Source of the DNA: a virus
Virus record (IMG/VR): IMGVR_UViG_3300028027_000047
Span: 32,001 to 96,000 of that record
DNA length: 64,000 bases
Direction: 5' to 3' (one strand)
Position 1 is the first letter of the stretch. Each line of letters begins with the position of its first letter. The notes beneath the pieces are model-generated. The model was not told the DNA's origin, searched no databases, and saw only the letters and a list, made by a program, of their open reading frames with translations. The position numbers and the translations under genes are program-made. Shown here in pieces: positions 1 to 9,360 of this stretch.

Positions 1-3000
1 GATTCTTACCAAGCATTGTTGCCAGAGTTTAGCCAGATAACAGACCTTGCAGCAAAAGAAACTGCAGCAATTGTTCAGCAAGTTCAGCAAAGTAAAATAA
101 CAGTAGAACAAGCTAGAGCAAGAATTATTTCATTAAATGCAACCGTAGAAGCAATGCTTGCAGAAACAACAAGACTAACTGCAGCGGGAATGGGCAGAAC
201 AGCAAACCTAGGAACAGTACCACTAACCTCTCAGCCAGTAGTAGATCCAGTTACAGGAAAGTCTAATATGAAAGAGATGTTTCATAAAGGACCTACAAAA
301 GCAATGGTTGATAGAATCGCAAGAGCTCTTGGCGGGGTAAGAACTTCTGGTGCTGGATACAACATAGAAACAACAAAGCCAAAGTTTGCAAAAGGTGGTT
401 TTGTTCCAGGAACTGGCGACACAGATACATACCATACAACAGCTGAGCCTGGATCATTTGTAATCAATAAAGCTGCTACTGAAAAGCATCTACCATTAAT
501 AACAAATATTCTTGGAGGCAAATCTTATTATGCACAAGAAGGTGGTCAGGTCCCAGTTGTATTAACACCTGGAGAAGCAGTAATACCAGCGCACATTGCA
601 CAAAGAAATATGCCTTTAATGTACGAGCTAAACGGCGGACCAGGAAATACATCTGGGAGCGGTATGCACGAATTTGGTGGAGAAACAGCTTTTGAAAGAA
701 GTCACGTTTCTGAAGCATCTGCTGCCGATCTAAAAAGAGTACGGGCAACAAGAGGATACGCTAATTCAGTAAGTGTTGGTAGAGGAATTCCGATTTGGAT
801 GAGCAGAGATGCAAATCAACAAACTCGATCAGTCGGCAGCGGAATGACTGGACCGCAGCTAGCAAAAGAATTTAGAAAAGCAATTGCAGCAGGAAGACAC
901 CCATTTGAGCCATGGATGACTGCAGCCCAAGGGCTGGGTGGAGATCCAAGAAATAACGCTCAATTTAATAAAGTATTTAACGAAATGCTTAAAAATCTTG
1001 AAAAAGATACAAGAGTATTTGGCGGTAAAAATGGAGTAATGACATTTGAAAAATGGTTTGAAAAAGAAGTAATTGGTTCTAAATCATTTAAAGATATAAG
1101 AGTTGGAGACAGGTCTTTTAGATCAATATTTAATTCAGTGCTACAGCCTATGGGGCCAAGAGATGGAAAGCCTATCGCGGCATTAGAAACGCTTGTTAAA
1201 TCCAGAAATGGTTTAACTACAATTGAAAATTCAAAATTGGCTGGCCTTGCAAAAGGAATGCTTGGAACATTCAGCGGAAGCTCATTTAATGCAAGCAGAC
1301 AAAGACTTGCCATAATGATGTCAAGAGCATTTCTTAAAAGAAATGCTGGAGGATCTATTCCTGGAGGAACTGTAGAAAAGGGAAGATACGGATACGGTAA
1401 GCCTTTCTTTATTGGTATGCCTAAAACTATCAAACAAGTTGAAGAACAAAGAGCAAAAAGAGTTGCAATGGAAAAAGCAAACGAGGCAGTTACCAATTCT
1501 AGATTTGCAAAGACTCCAGTAACTCAATACGGAGAGATGCTATCCCCTACTTCAGGACGCAGCTTCCCTGTTCCAGGAGTTGGCGGACTCTATATGAAGG
1601 GCGATGAAAAAGTATTTGTAAAGCCAGTGTTAGACGAAAGAGCGGCAGTTGCAGAAATGAGAGCAACACAAATTGCTCGTGAGGTTCATGGATTACATGC
1701 TCCAACACAAAAAGTTGTTGTAATGAGAGACCCTACCGATCCAACTGGTAGAAGAAAGCTGTTAGCACTAGAATCTAAATTTGATCCAAAGATTGCAGCG
1801 ACAGATGCTAAGTTTACGACAGACGAATACTTTAGACAGCTAGTTGCATCAGCTTTACGTGGAGATAAAGATTTAGCAAGAGGTAATTTATCTGGAAACA
1901 TACTTTCAGACGTAGGGCCAGCTGGAGTATTCTCAGCAGCTTCTGGCCTCAGAGGATATTCAGCTGTCATGCCGTCAGTAAAAGATCAGGCTTATATAAA
2001 TCTATTAGGAAGAAAAGGCAGCGGAGCTAAGAAATTCTTTGCTGAGTCAACTCATCAAATACCAAAAGGTATGACCGCAGATGAATATCATAGCCGTATG
2101 CTTAAAGAAATTGAAAGCGCTTTGCCAAAGCTTAAGCAGACAGTCTCAAGATTTGATTTAAACCCAGAAGAAAAAGTTGTCTATGAGGCAATGATTAAAA
2201 GACTGTCTGATGCAAGAGGCGTCAATTGGAAAGAGCTTCATGGAATACACTCTGGTTTGCAGATGTCACCAGAAAAACAAATGACACCAGCGGCTATAGC
2301 AAAGATGGTAGCAGCAGATGAACTAAAGCGTAGACAAACTGGTCATTCAGCAAGTCTTTCAGACAATGCATTTAAAACTGATGCAAACGGATTTAGATTT
2401 GGCGGATTGCTTGAAGCATTAACAAAAGGCAAAGCAATGCATAAAATTGGTGCAGGATTTGGAAAAGATTCTACTGGCGGATGGGGAGTAACGTCCTTGC
2501 AAATAGGAATGGCCGAAAAGCTTTTTGGGTCTACTGGACTAACTAAGAGAACTCAAAAAATTCTATACGATAAATTTGCAGCCGAGCTTGCTAAAGAAAT
2601 GCCGTATGGATACTCAAAGAATGCACAAGGACATTTAGTAAAAGCATTAGAGCCAGACATTATGGACTCTGTAATAAGATCCGCAGCCTCATCCACTCTA
2701 TCTGCACCAGAGGGAAGAAAGGTTCTTTCTGTTATAGATAGAGAAATACTTAGAAAGAAGTTTGCAAATTGGGAATCTAAAAAAGATACACCGTTAACAG
2801 AAACTTTAAAACAGTTGGTTTTCGGAATAGAAAAAAGAGAAATGGGCGGACCAGTTAATGCAGGCCAGCCATACATTGTTGGAGAGAAGGGGCCAGAACT
2901 ATTTGTTCCAAGAAATGCTGGTGGAATAATTCCAAATGGATATAAAGCTGGAGGATCTATTCCAAATGGCTTTAGGTTTGGTGGAATAATCCCAATGCTA

Positions 3001-6000
3001 AAGCAGCTATTATTATTTTTTGGAATACAGCAAGGTGCAAATTATGCTGGCGATAAAGTTGGCGGAACCAGCGGAGATGCAATTAAACAAGTTGGAAACA
3101 TCCTTCCATACTTGGCTATGGGAAATATGATGAATGCAGGTGCAGGAAAAGGCGCAAGCGTTATGGGCGATAAATTTATAAAAGCAAGAACCCCAATGTT
3201 TGCAGTTGGATCTAATAAAGTTCTTGGTACACCACAGTTAACTAAATACGGAACAATGTTAAGCAAGCTAACTGGAAGCTCAAACCTTTTCAGCAAAGCA
3301 CTCGGAAAATCATTAAGTATATTTACACGATTTAATCTTGCACTCGGCACAGTCGCTACAGTAGGAAAGATTGCGTGGGATAGATGGCAGGCTCACAAAG
3401 AAGCCCTTAGACTAAATGCATTAGGATATGGCATGACTGCAGAAGCTGCAGAAAAAGCAGGCCTTAAGTTTACAAACTTTAATGACAAAATCAAAGAAGC
3501 GATCAATAATGCAAAGGCATTGAAAGAAAGAAATACTCTTTTATACGAAAGCATGCAAGGGTCTGGAACACCTATAGATGTAACTATTGAGGAGTATAAA
3601 AAGTTAAAAAAAGAAGTTAAAACTAATTATTCTGATCAAGTAGATTTAATTAATCAAACAGTTGATAAAGATCCAGAAAAACAAGCACAAAAACAAAGAG
3701 AGCTTGCCATAAGACTTAAAGAACAGTTAATTGCTATGGGCATGTCAGCAGAAGATGCGGCTAAAAAGATATATACGATGTACGCATTATCAGACCAGTC
3801 AGCAAATGCCGCTGCCTACACAGTTCGATCACAAGGATTTAATGACATAAAGGATACAGCGTCTGCTGCAGCATCTGCAATTGATAGTTTGACTACTGCA
3901 ATGGCAACTAACCGTAATGCCACAGAACAAGCAAATCAGCTAAATACTGCAATGATGGCTTTGTCTACGGATGTCGAGTCTAGACAAGCAAAAGCTTTAA
4001 AGGAAGCACGTAAAAAAGCAGCTAAGGATGGAACATACTTTTCAAGTGGTCAAGAAAAGCAATTAATGCTTGATCAAGAAAAAATTGCTATTGACGAAAT
4101 TAATAGACAAGTTAAAGATCAAGTTTACTTAACCAAAGAGGTCGTTGATGAGATGGCAAAAATTGACCCATCAATTAGACAAATAGTTAACGAGCAAGAA
4201 ACTGCTTTATCTTTATGGCAAAAAACAAGAATTCAGGTTAAGGGATACACGGGAGACTTAAGAGCCCTTAACGCAGAGCAGACAAATGATCTTTATAACC
4301 TTCAGATATCTTTAGGTAAAAAAGTTGAATCTGCCAACAGAGAAGGCGTATTGAAAAAGCAATATGCTGATCTAGACAGAATGTTACAGCTTCAGGCAAA
4401 ATATCAAAAGGCAGCAAGAGGACAATCTGTAGCAGATCAAATATCAGATAGAGATAAGATTGCTTCACTTCAAAAACAAATAGATGCAAACAATAAGCTT
4501 GCAGATGCAAGACTTAAGGCGCTAGATGCAGCAAAGCAAGAAGGCGATATAGGAAGAGAGATTGCAAAGAAGCAGGCAGAATATGATGCCGCACTTGCAA
4601 CTGGAAACATTGCTGGTGCTCAACAAGCAAGCCTTGATATACAAGGATACCAAAGTGAGCTTCAATATAACGCACAGAAAAAATCAATTGAAGATTCAAA
4701 TATTCTAAAGAATGTTCCACTTCAAAAACTAATTGAAGCCATACAGAGCAAGCAGCAAGGAATCTCAGACAATGCTCAATTAGCAGGAGAAAAGCTTGGG
4801 GATCTAAGTGGCAAAATTACTAATGCAGAAAGTTCTATTTCAGCAATAAATACTGCAATGCTTAATTGGCAAATTGAATTGCTAAAGCAGCCAGAAGCAA
4901 CAAGAGGCGCTTGGAAGTCAAGCGAAGCATCAAAGAAGATGCTCGCAGCAGTTGCTGACGCAGCAGAAAAAGCTGGAGTTAAACTTAATGGATTAAAAGA
5001 TCTAGACTTAGGCGCTGCAGTGGTTGCTAGCCTTGAAGGCAAGCTTGGCGCAATGAGCACTATAGATGTTAAAGGAAATGTTAGCATCTATGTCGATGGC
5101 AAAAAGTTTGAAATTGGTGGAAGAGGATCTGGAACAAAAGATGCTCCTTATGATTTAGGAAAAGCTGGTGTCGGAACAAACACGATCAGTAAAACAACTT
5201 TGGCAGATTGGTCAGGTCTTGGCGGGTTTGGTAAGTTAGGAACTAGACAAAAGGTTAAGAACATTGCAGAAGAAAGAGGAATTTTGCCTGGACAATTTTT
5301 CTCATTAACTGATAAAGATGAAAAAGTATTTGTATACAAGATGGACGACAGGGGCCAGATAATTGAAGTAACTGATCCTTACAAAAAAGCAGATGGTGGA
5401 CATATTAGGGGAGCAGGAACTGCAACATCTGATTCTATCCCAGCCTACTTATCAAATGGTGAATATGTAATTAAAGCAGACTCCGTAGCTAAGTATGGAG
5501 TAGACACATTTGATGCATTAAATGCTGGCAAGTATGCACAAGGTGGCCCTATAAATCCAACCCCTCAATCTAAGCATAATAGCTCATTTGGAACTGGCAC
5601 ATCAAATATAAATGTAAACATGCAGGGCGGAAAGCTAATGGGCCCAATAGAGGCATGGCAAGATGCTAATAAGCAGGTTATTAAAATTGAAGTTCCACCA
5701 ATCACAGCTAATTTTGCTACAAACTCTTACACATTAAATAAAGAGCAAAGACTAGAACTTCAGGCAATCGCTAAAGATCTTATTAAACATAAGCTGGCAT
5801 CAATAGTTGTTCAAGGACACACAGACTCTGTAGGTAAAGGAAAAGACAACAAGATCCTTTCACAAAATAGAGCAAATGCTATTGCAGAATATATGTCAAA
5901 GTTTGTTCCTGGTACAGCATTTACGCCAGTGGGATACGGGGAGTACAGACCTCTTGTTCCAAATACAACTGCCGAGAACAGAGCCAGAAACAGAAGAGCA

Positions 6001-9000
6001 GAATTATTCCTGCCTGATAAATACAAAACAATTTATCCAGAGTTTATTCCAGAAAAGCATAAAAACTTTTTAAGTAAAGGCAAAATAGAAGGCGGCGGAA
6101 GCATTGGTCCAAGCGGCGGAAGCATTGGTCCAAATGGTACATTAGTTTCTGGCGGATCTATGGAGTCTGTTATTGACTGGGGCAAGCTATTTAAGAAAGT
6201 TAAAAAAGCTATTGGTTTCCACACAGGCGGCGAAGTGGGTCATCGTCACGGAAGAAATCTGCCGAAGACTAAGAGTAAGTATAAGACAGTAGATCAATAC
6301 CGTGAAGAAAATGGCATTGGCTCTCCAAATGCTGTGACACCAAATGGCAACACGTCAGGTATGCAACCTGGGGATAAATGGAATAATAGACATCTAACCG
6401 AATCATTTATAAAACTAATGCTTACCAGTGCAATGCCAGGATCTTCATTGCTTAATCTCTTGCCAAAAAATATAACAAATTCTATGGTAGATCCAGCGTA
6501 CTCAATTTTAGGGCAGCCATTTGAAGAAATATTTGCAGGAAGCGGAACCAAGGGAGATTGGTTAAATGCAGGCTTAACCTTTATTCCATTTGGAAAACTT
6601 GGATCATTAGTAAAAGCAGTTCCTAAAGCACTAAAAACAATTAAGCAAATACCTACAGCAATTAAAGTTGGACAAAAATTAAAGGCTGGAAACTTTGACG
6701 ATCTAATAAATATAGGAAAGTCCACAGCAGGAAAGTCAAGGCCGTCTATAATGCAGGCAGCCGATGGATCTGTACATTACATGAAGATTATGCAGGATGT
6801 AATGGAAGGTGCATTTGAAGTAACTGGCTCTACAATAGCTAAAAGATTTAAAATGCCAAGTACCGACAACATCTTGGGCACGTGGAAGAATTTATCTGTC
6901 ATATTAAGTAAAGATTTTGCATCAAAGGGAATGAAAACACTAGAAGACGCTGGTGCGATGTTGCCACATGGATTCCTTGACATGGATTGGCTTAAAGCCA
7001 ATGCTTCAATGAAGAGCTTTGGAAAGATGAGAGCAGTTTCATCTATACTAGGCCACGGAGACATGCATCCAGGAAACCTACTGCTTAAGGGCAAAAAAAC
7101 TCTTGGAGCATTTGACTGGGGAATAATAGATAATTTAACCAACCCAGCTGAAACAGCATTAAAGGCTGGCAGCACTTTAGTTGGAAAACAAGCTTCTCAA
7201 TTTACTAAAGGATTTGCTTCTGTAAGAAAGTCAATAGCAAAGCAGGGCCCAGAAAAATTTATAGACGATATCTTAACTAAGAGCGGAATAACTGATGAGG
7301 GTCAGCTAAAGGTCCTTCGTATTGTACTTGAAAGAAATATAAAGTCATTATTAGACTTAAAGATTCCTGGCAGACTGCATAAGGGTGGAGCAGTAGGACA
7401 CAGACATGGAAGATCTGTTCCAGAAAAGAAAAATTGGTTTCAGAATTATGTTTCTAAATTAACAAAATCTCAACAGGATGCAGGAAAGATGCTCCCGTCT
7501 TTTATGAGAATGAATGGTAAAGCAGATGCTTTAGGTGCAGGGTCCATATTAAGAAATTTAGCTGGACAAGGCGAGAAAGGAGATACTTTAAATTCAATAC
7601 TTTTCCCATTAAACTTTATGGGAATGGGGTCTGCCAAATCGGCACTGGCAAAGCCGACAGCAAATGTAGCAAAACAGGCATCTTCAGTTGGTGCACCTTT
7701 AATTAGAGCGCTTAGTAAAATACCGTCTCTTGGAAAGGATCTGTTAAAGTTAGGCACCTGGAACACTTTAGGTAAAGTAAAGCCACTTCAAAGTAGTTTA
7801 TATAAAGCAATAGGCTTTAAACCAGATAGTCTAATTCGTAAGTTTAAAAATGCTTTTGACTATACATCAAAAACTGGAAAATCTTATTTTGAAGATATAA
7901 TTAATAAACCAACCCCACCGCCAAGGCGCGGCGGACCAGGTGCCCCACCAGGGCCTGTAACTGACGCCACAAGCGAGGTTGATGATTGGTTAGCAAACTT
8001 GCCTCCATCTACACTACATCCCATGCAAGCATTGGGAGAGGCCGCAGCGGCAATGAAAAATAAATTTATAAACCCAGTCATGACTCCATTAAAAAATGGA
8101 GTTGGTAAATTAACTTCAATGTTCTCAAAAGACAATATCTCACAAAAACTTTTAAAGTTTTCACCAAAAATGATATCTGATTTTCTTTACAGATACACCC
8201 CCATAGGAAGTATTCAGGCACTAAGATCAACACAAAAGATGAATATGAGCAAAACTACAGCCGACACAGGCTTAGGTCTAGACCTTTCATTAGAAGAACT
8301 TTTTAAACAAGATTTTTATCATGGAGGAAGCTTACCAGAAGACCTTTTAAATAGATTAACGCCATCTTCTAAAAATGTTTCTTTAAACGGAAACATATTT
8401 AATTTTGATTTATTTGCTACTGTAGAAAAAATAATGGCAAGAGAGTATGCAATAGGCAAAAATGCAGAAAGTGGCGGATCGTTATGGAAAACTTTATTTA
8501 GAGTCCCAGAAGACATGTCAAAGGTATGGGATATGCGAGGTGGAGCTCCTTCTCTATGGTCACAAAACAAAAAAGGTTATGCGGCTGTAGAAAAATATTT
8601 TATTGATGTTTTAAAAATGTCAAGAGAAGAAGCAAGAGAGATGCTAGCTGGAGAAAGGGTACCAGGCGTAGCAAGGCTTAGCAAAGCGTTAATAGACAGG
8701 CTATCTTTATTCCAGGGAGAACATTTAAACGAAGCATTTTCCGTAAATGGAAAAGGTGGTCCAAAATGGTTAATGGACACTATTGTTCATACTGGTGGAA
8801 AACTAACAAATTCCGACACATTCCATGCCGTTGTTGCCACTCTAGACCCAGAAAACCGTATAAAATTATTAAAAAATATATTGCCAAAAACAGAACTTAT
8901 AAAAAGCCATGGAGTTCTTGATGAATTTTTGCCTTCTACTCTTGAAAGATTTATAGAGCAGTATGCAAAATATGGAAAATCTTTTAAACCACTGCTAGAA

Positions 9001-9360
9001 GGAATCTGGCCAGCTAGACATAACTCAACAGCCGTTGCTACAGGCGGATATGTTAGTAATGGAAAAATTTCTATTCCTAAATTTGAAACTGGAATAAATA
9101 GTGTTCCTGTAGATATGCTTGCTATGCTTCATAAGAATGAAGCAGTAGTTCCTGCTAACATGAACCCCTTTAATCCAAACGCTAATAATGCTACAATGGG
9201 TGGAGCAACATATAATATTACAAATAACATTAATGGATTCGATGGGGATATAAATCAATTGTCAAATATAGTAACACAGAAGACTATCACAGCAATCAAG
9301 ACTCTTGATTCCCGCAATTCTAAAATGTCTGGCACATCAATGACAGTAGGAGTTAAATAA
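1..9360 (+). CDS. Tape measure protein (5'-partial), polyvalent, with embedded kinase, OmpA-like and ART-like domains
   Basis: Frame is open from base 1 (>3100 aa). Long Ala/Lys/Gln helical region at ~3.3-5.0 kb. TMP-type motifs GGPVNAGQPYIVGEKGPELFVP, GAGTATSDSIPAYLSNGEYVI and AMLHKNEAVVP. Lies directly upstream of Dit and tail genes. Confidence 0.85.
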   Translation, partial: DSYQALLPEFSQITDLAAKETAAIVQQVQQSKITVEQARARIISLNATVEAMLAETTRLTAAGMGRTANLGTVPLTSQPVVDPVTGKSNMKEMFHKGPTKAMVDRIARALGGVRTSGAGYNIETTKPKFAKGGFVPGTGDTDTYHTTAEPGSFVINKAATEKHLPLITNILGGKSYYAQEGGQVPVVLTPGEAVIPAHIAQRNMPLMYELNGGPGNTSGSGMHEFGGETAFERSHVSEASAADLKRVRATRGYANSVSVGRGIPIWMSRDANQQTRSVGSGMTGPQLAKEFRKAIAAGRHPFEPWMTAAQGLGGDPRNNAQFNKVFNEMLKNLEKDTRVFGGKNGVMTFEKWFEKEVIGSKSFKDIRVGDRSFRSIFNSVLQPMGPRDGKPIAALETLVKSRNGLTTIENSKLAGLAKGMLGTFSGSSFNASRQRLAIMMSRAFLKRNAGGSIPGGTVEKGRYGYGKPFFIGMPKTIKQVEEQRAKRVAMEKANEAVTNSRFAKTPVTQYGEMLSPTSGRSFPVPGVGGLYMKGDEKVFVKPVLDERAAVAEMRATQIAREVHGLHAPTQKVVVMRDPTDPTGRRKLLALESKFDPKIAATDAKFTTDEYFRQLVASALRGDKDLARGNLSGNILSDVGPAGVFSAASGLRGYSAVMPSVKDQAYINLLGRKGSGAKKFFAESTHQIPKGMTADEYHSRMLKEIESALPKLKQTVSRFDLNPEEKVVYEAMIKRLSDARGVNWKELHGIHSGLQMSPEKQMTPAAIAKMVAADELKRRQTGHSASLSDNAFKTDANGFRFGGLLEALTKGKAMHKIGAGFGKDSTGGWGVTSLQIGMAEKLFGSTGLTKRTQKILYDKFAAELAKEMPYGYSKNAQGHLVKALEPDIMDSVIRSAASSTLSAPEGRKVLSVIDREILRKKFANWESKKDTPLTETLKQLVFGIEKREMGGPVNAGQPYIVGEKGPELFVPRNAGGIIPNGYKAGGSIPNGFRFGGIIPMLKQLLLFFGIQQGANYAGDKVGGTSGDAIKQVGNILPYLAMGNMMNAGAGKGASVMGDKFIKARTPMFAVGSNKVLGTPQLTKYGTMLSKLTGSSNLFSKALGKSLSIFTRFNLALGTVATVGKIAWDRWQAHKEALRLNALGYGMTAEAAEKAGLKFTNFNDKIKEAINNAKALKERNTLLYESMQGSGTPIDVTIEEYKKLKKEVKTNYSDQVDLINQTVDKDPEKQAQKQRELAIRLKEQLIAMGMSAEDAAKKIYTMYALSDQSANAAAYTVRSQGFNDIKDTASAAASAIDSLTTAMATNRNATEQANQLNTAMMALSTDVESRQAKALKEARKKAAKDGTYFSSGQEKQLMLDQEKIAIDEINRQVKDQVYLTKEVVDEMAKIDPSIRQIVNEQETALSLWQKTRIQVKGYTGDLRALNAEQTNDLYNLQISLGKKVESANREGVLKKQYADLDRMLQLQAKYQKAARGQSVADQISDRDKIASLQKQIDANNKLADARLKALDAAKQEGDIGREIAKKQAEYDAALATGNIAGAQQASLDIQGYQSELQYNAQKKSIEDSNILKNVPLQKLIEAIQSKQQGISDNAQLAGEKLGDLSGKITNAESSISAINTAMLNWQIELLKQPEATRGAWKSSEASKKMLAAVADAAEKAGVKLNGLKDLDLGAAVVASLEGKLGAMSTIDVKGNVSIYVDGKKFEIGGRGSGTKDAPYDLGKAGVGTNTISKTTLADWSGLGGFGKLGTRQKVKNIAEERGILPGQFFSLTDKDEKVFVYKMDDRGQIIEVTDPYKKADGGHIRGAGTATSDSIPAYLSNGEYVIKADSVAKYGVDTFDALNAGKYAQGGPINPTPQSKHNSSFGTGTSNINVNMQGGKLMGPIEAWQDANKQVIKIEVPPITANFATNSYTLNKEQRLELQAIAKDLIKHKLASIVVQGHTDSVGKGKDNKILSQNRANAIAEYMSKFVPGTAFTPVGYGEYRPLVPNTTAENRARNRRAELFLPDKYKTIYPEFIPEKHKNFLSKGKIEGGGSIGPSGGSIGPNGTLVSGGSMESVIDWGKLFKKVKKAIGFHTGGEVGHRHGRNLPKTKSKYKTVDQYREENGIGSPNAVTPNGNTSGMQPGDKWNNRHLTESFIKLMLTSAMPGSSLLNLLPKNITNSMVDPAYSILGQPFEEIFAGSGTKGDWLNAGLTFIPFGKLGSLVKAVPKALKTIKQIPTAIKVGQKLKAGNFDDLINIGKSTAGKSRPSIMQAADGSVHYMKIMQDVMEGAFEVTGSTIAKRFKMPSTDNILGTWKNLSVILSKDFASKGMKTLEDAGAMLPHGFLDMDWLKANASMKSFGKMRAVSSILGHGDMHPGNLLLKGKKTLGAFDWGIIDNLTNPAETALKAGSTLVGKQASQFTKGFASVRKSIAKQGPEKFIDDILTKSGITDEGQLKVLRIVLERNIKSLLDLKIPGRLHKGGAVGHRHGRSVPEKKNWFQNYVSKLTKSQQDAGKMLPSFMRMNGKADALGAGSILRNLAGQGEKGDTLNSILFPLNFMGMGSAKSALAKPTANVAKQASSVGAPLIRALSKIPSLGKDLLKLGTWNTLGKVKPLQSSLYKAIGFKPDSLIRKFKNAFDYTSKTGKSYFEDIINKPTPPPRRGGPGAPPGPVTDATSEVDDWLANLPPSTLHPMQALGEAAAAMKNKFINPVMTPLKNGVGKLTSMFSKDNISQKLLKFSPKMISDFLYRYTPIGSIQALRSTQKMNMSKTTADTGLGLDLSLEELFKQDFYHGGSLPEDLLNRLTPSSKNVSLNGNIFNFDLFATVEKIMAREYAIGKNAESGGSLWKTLFRVPEDMSKVWDMRGGAPSLWSQNKKGYAAVEKYFIDVLKMSREEAREMLAGERVPGVARLSKALIDRLSLFQGEHLNEAFSVNGKGGPKWLMDTIVHTGGKLTNSDTFHAVVATLDPENRIKLLKNILPKTELIKSHGVLDEFLPSTLERFIEQYAKYGKSFKPLLEGIWPARHNSTAVATGGYVSNGKISIPKFETGINSVPVDMLAMLHKNEAVVPANMNPFNPNANNATMGGATYNITNNINGFDGDINQLSNIVTQKTITAIKTLDSRNSKMSGTSMTVGVK
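6092..6133 (+). repeat. Perfect 21-bp tandem duplication within the TMP
   Basis: gcggcggaagcattggtccaa x2, encoding GGSIGPS-GGSIGPN. Confidence 0.95.

Noticed and set aside
223-9258. Many short minus-strand ORFs within the TMP
   Set aside because: Shadows of the long plus-strand frame; none looks like an immunity gene or has a promoter or SD
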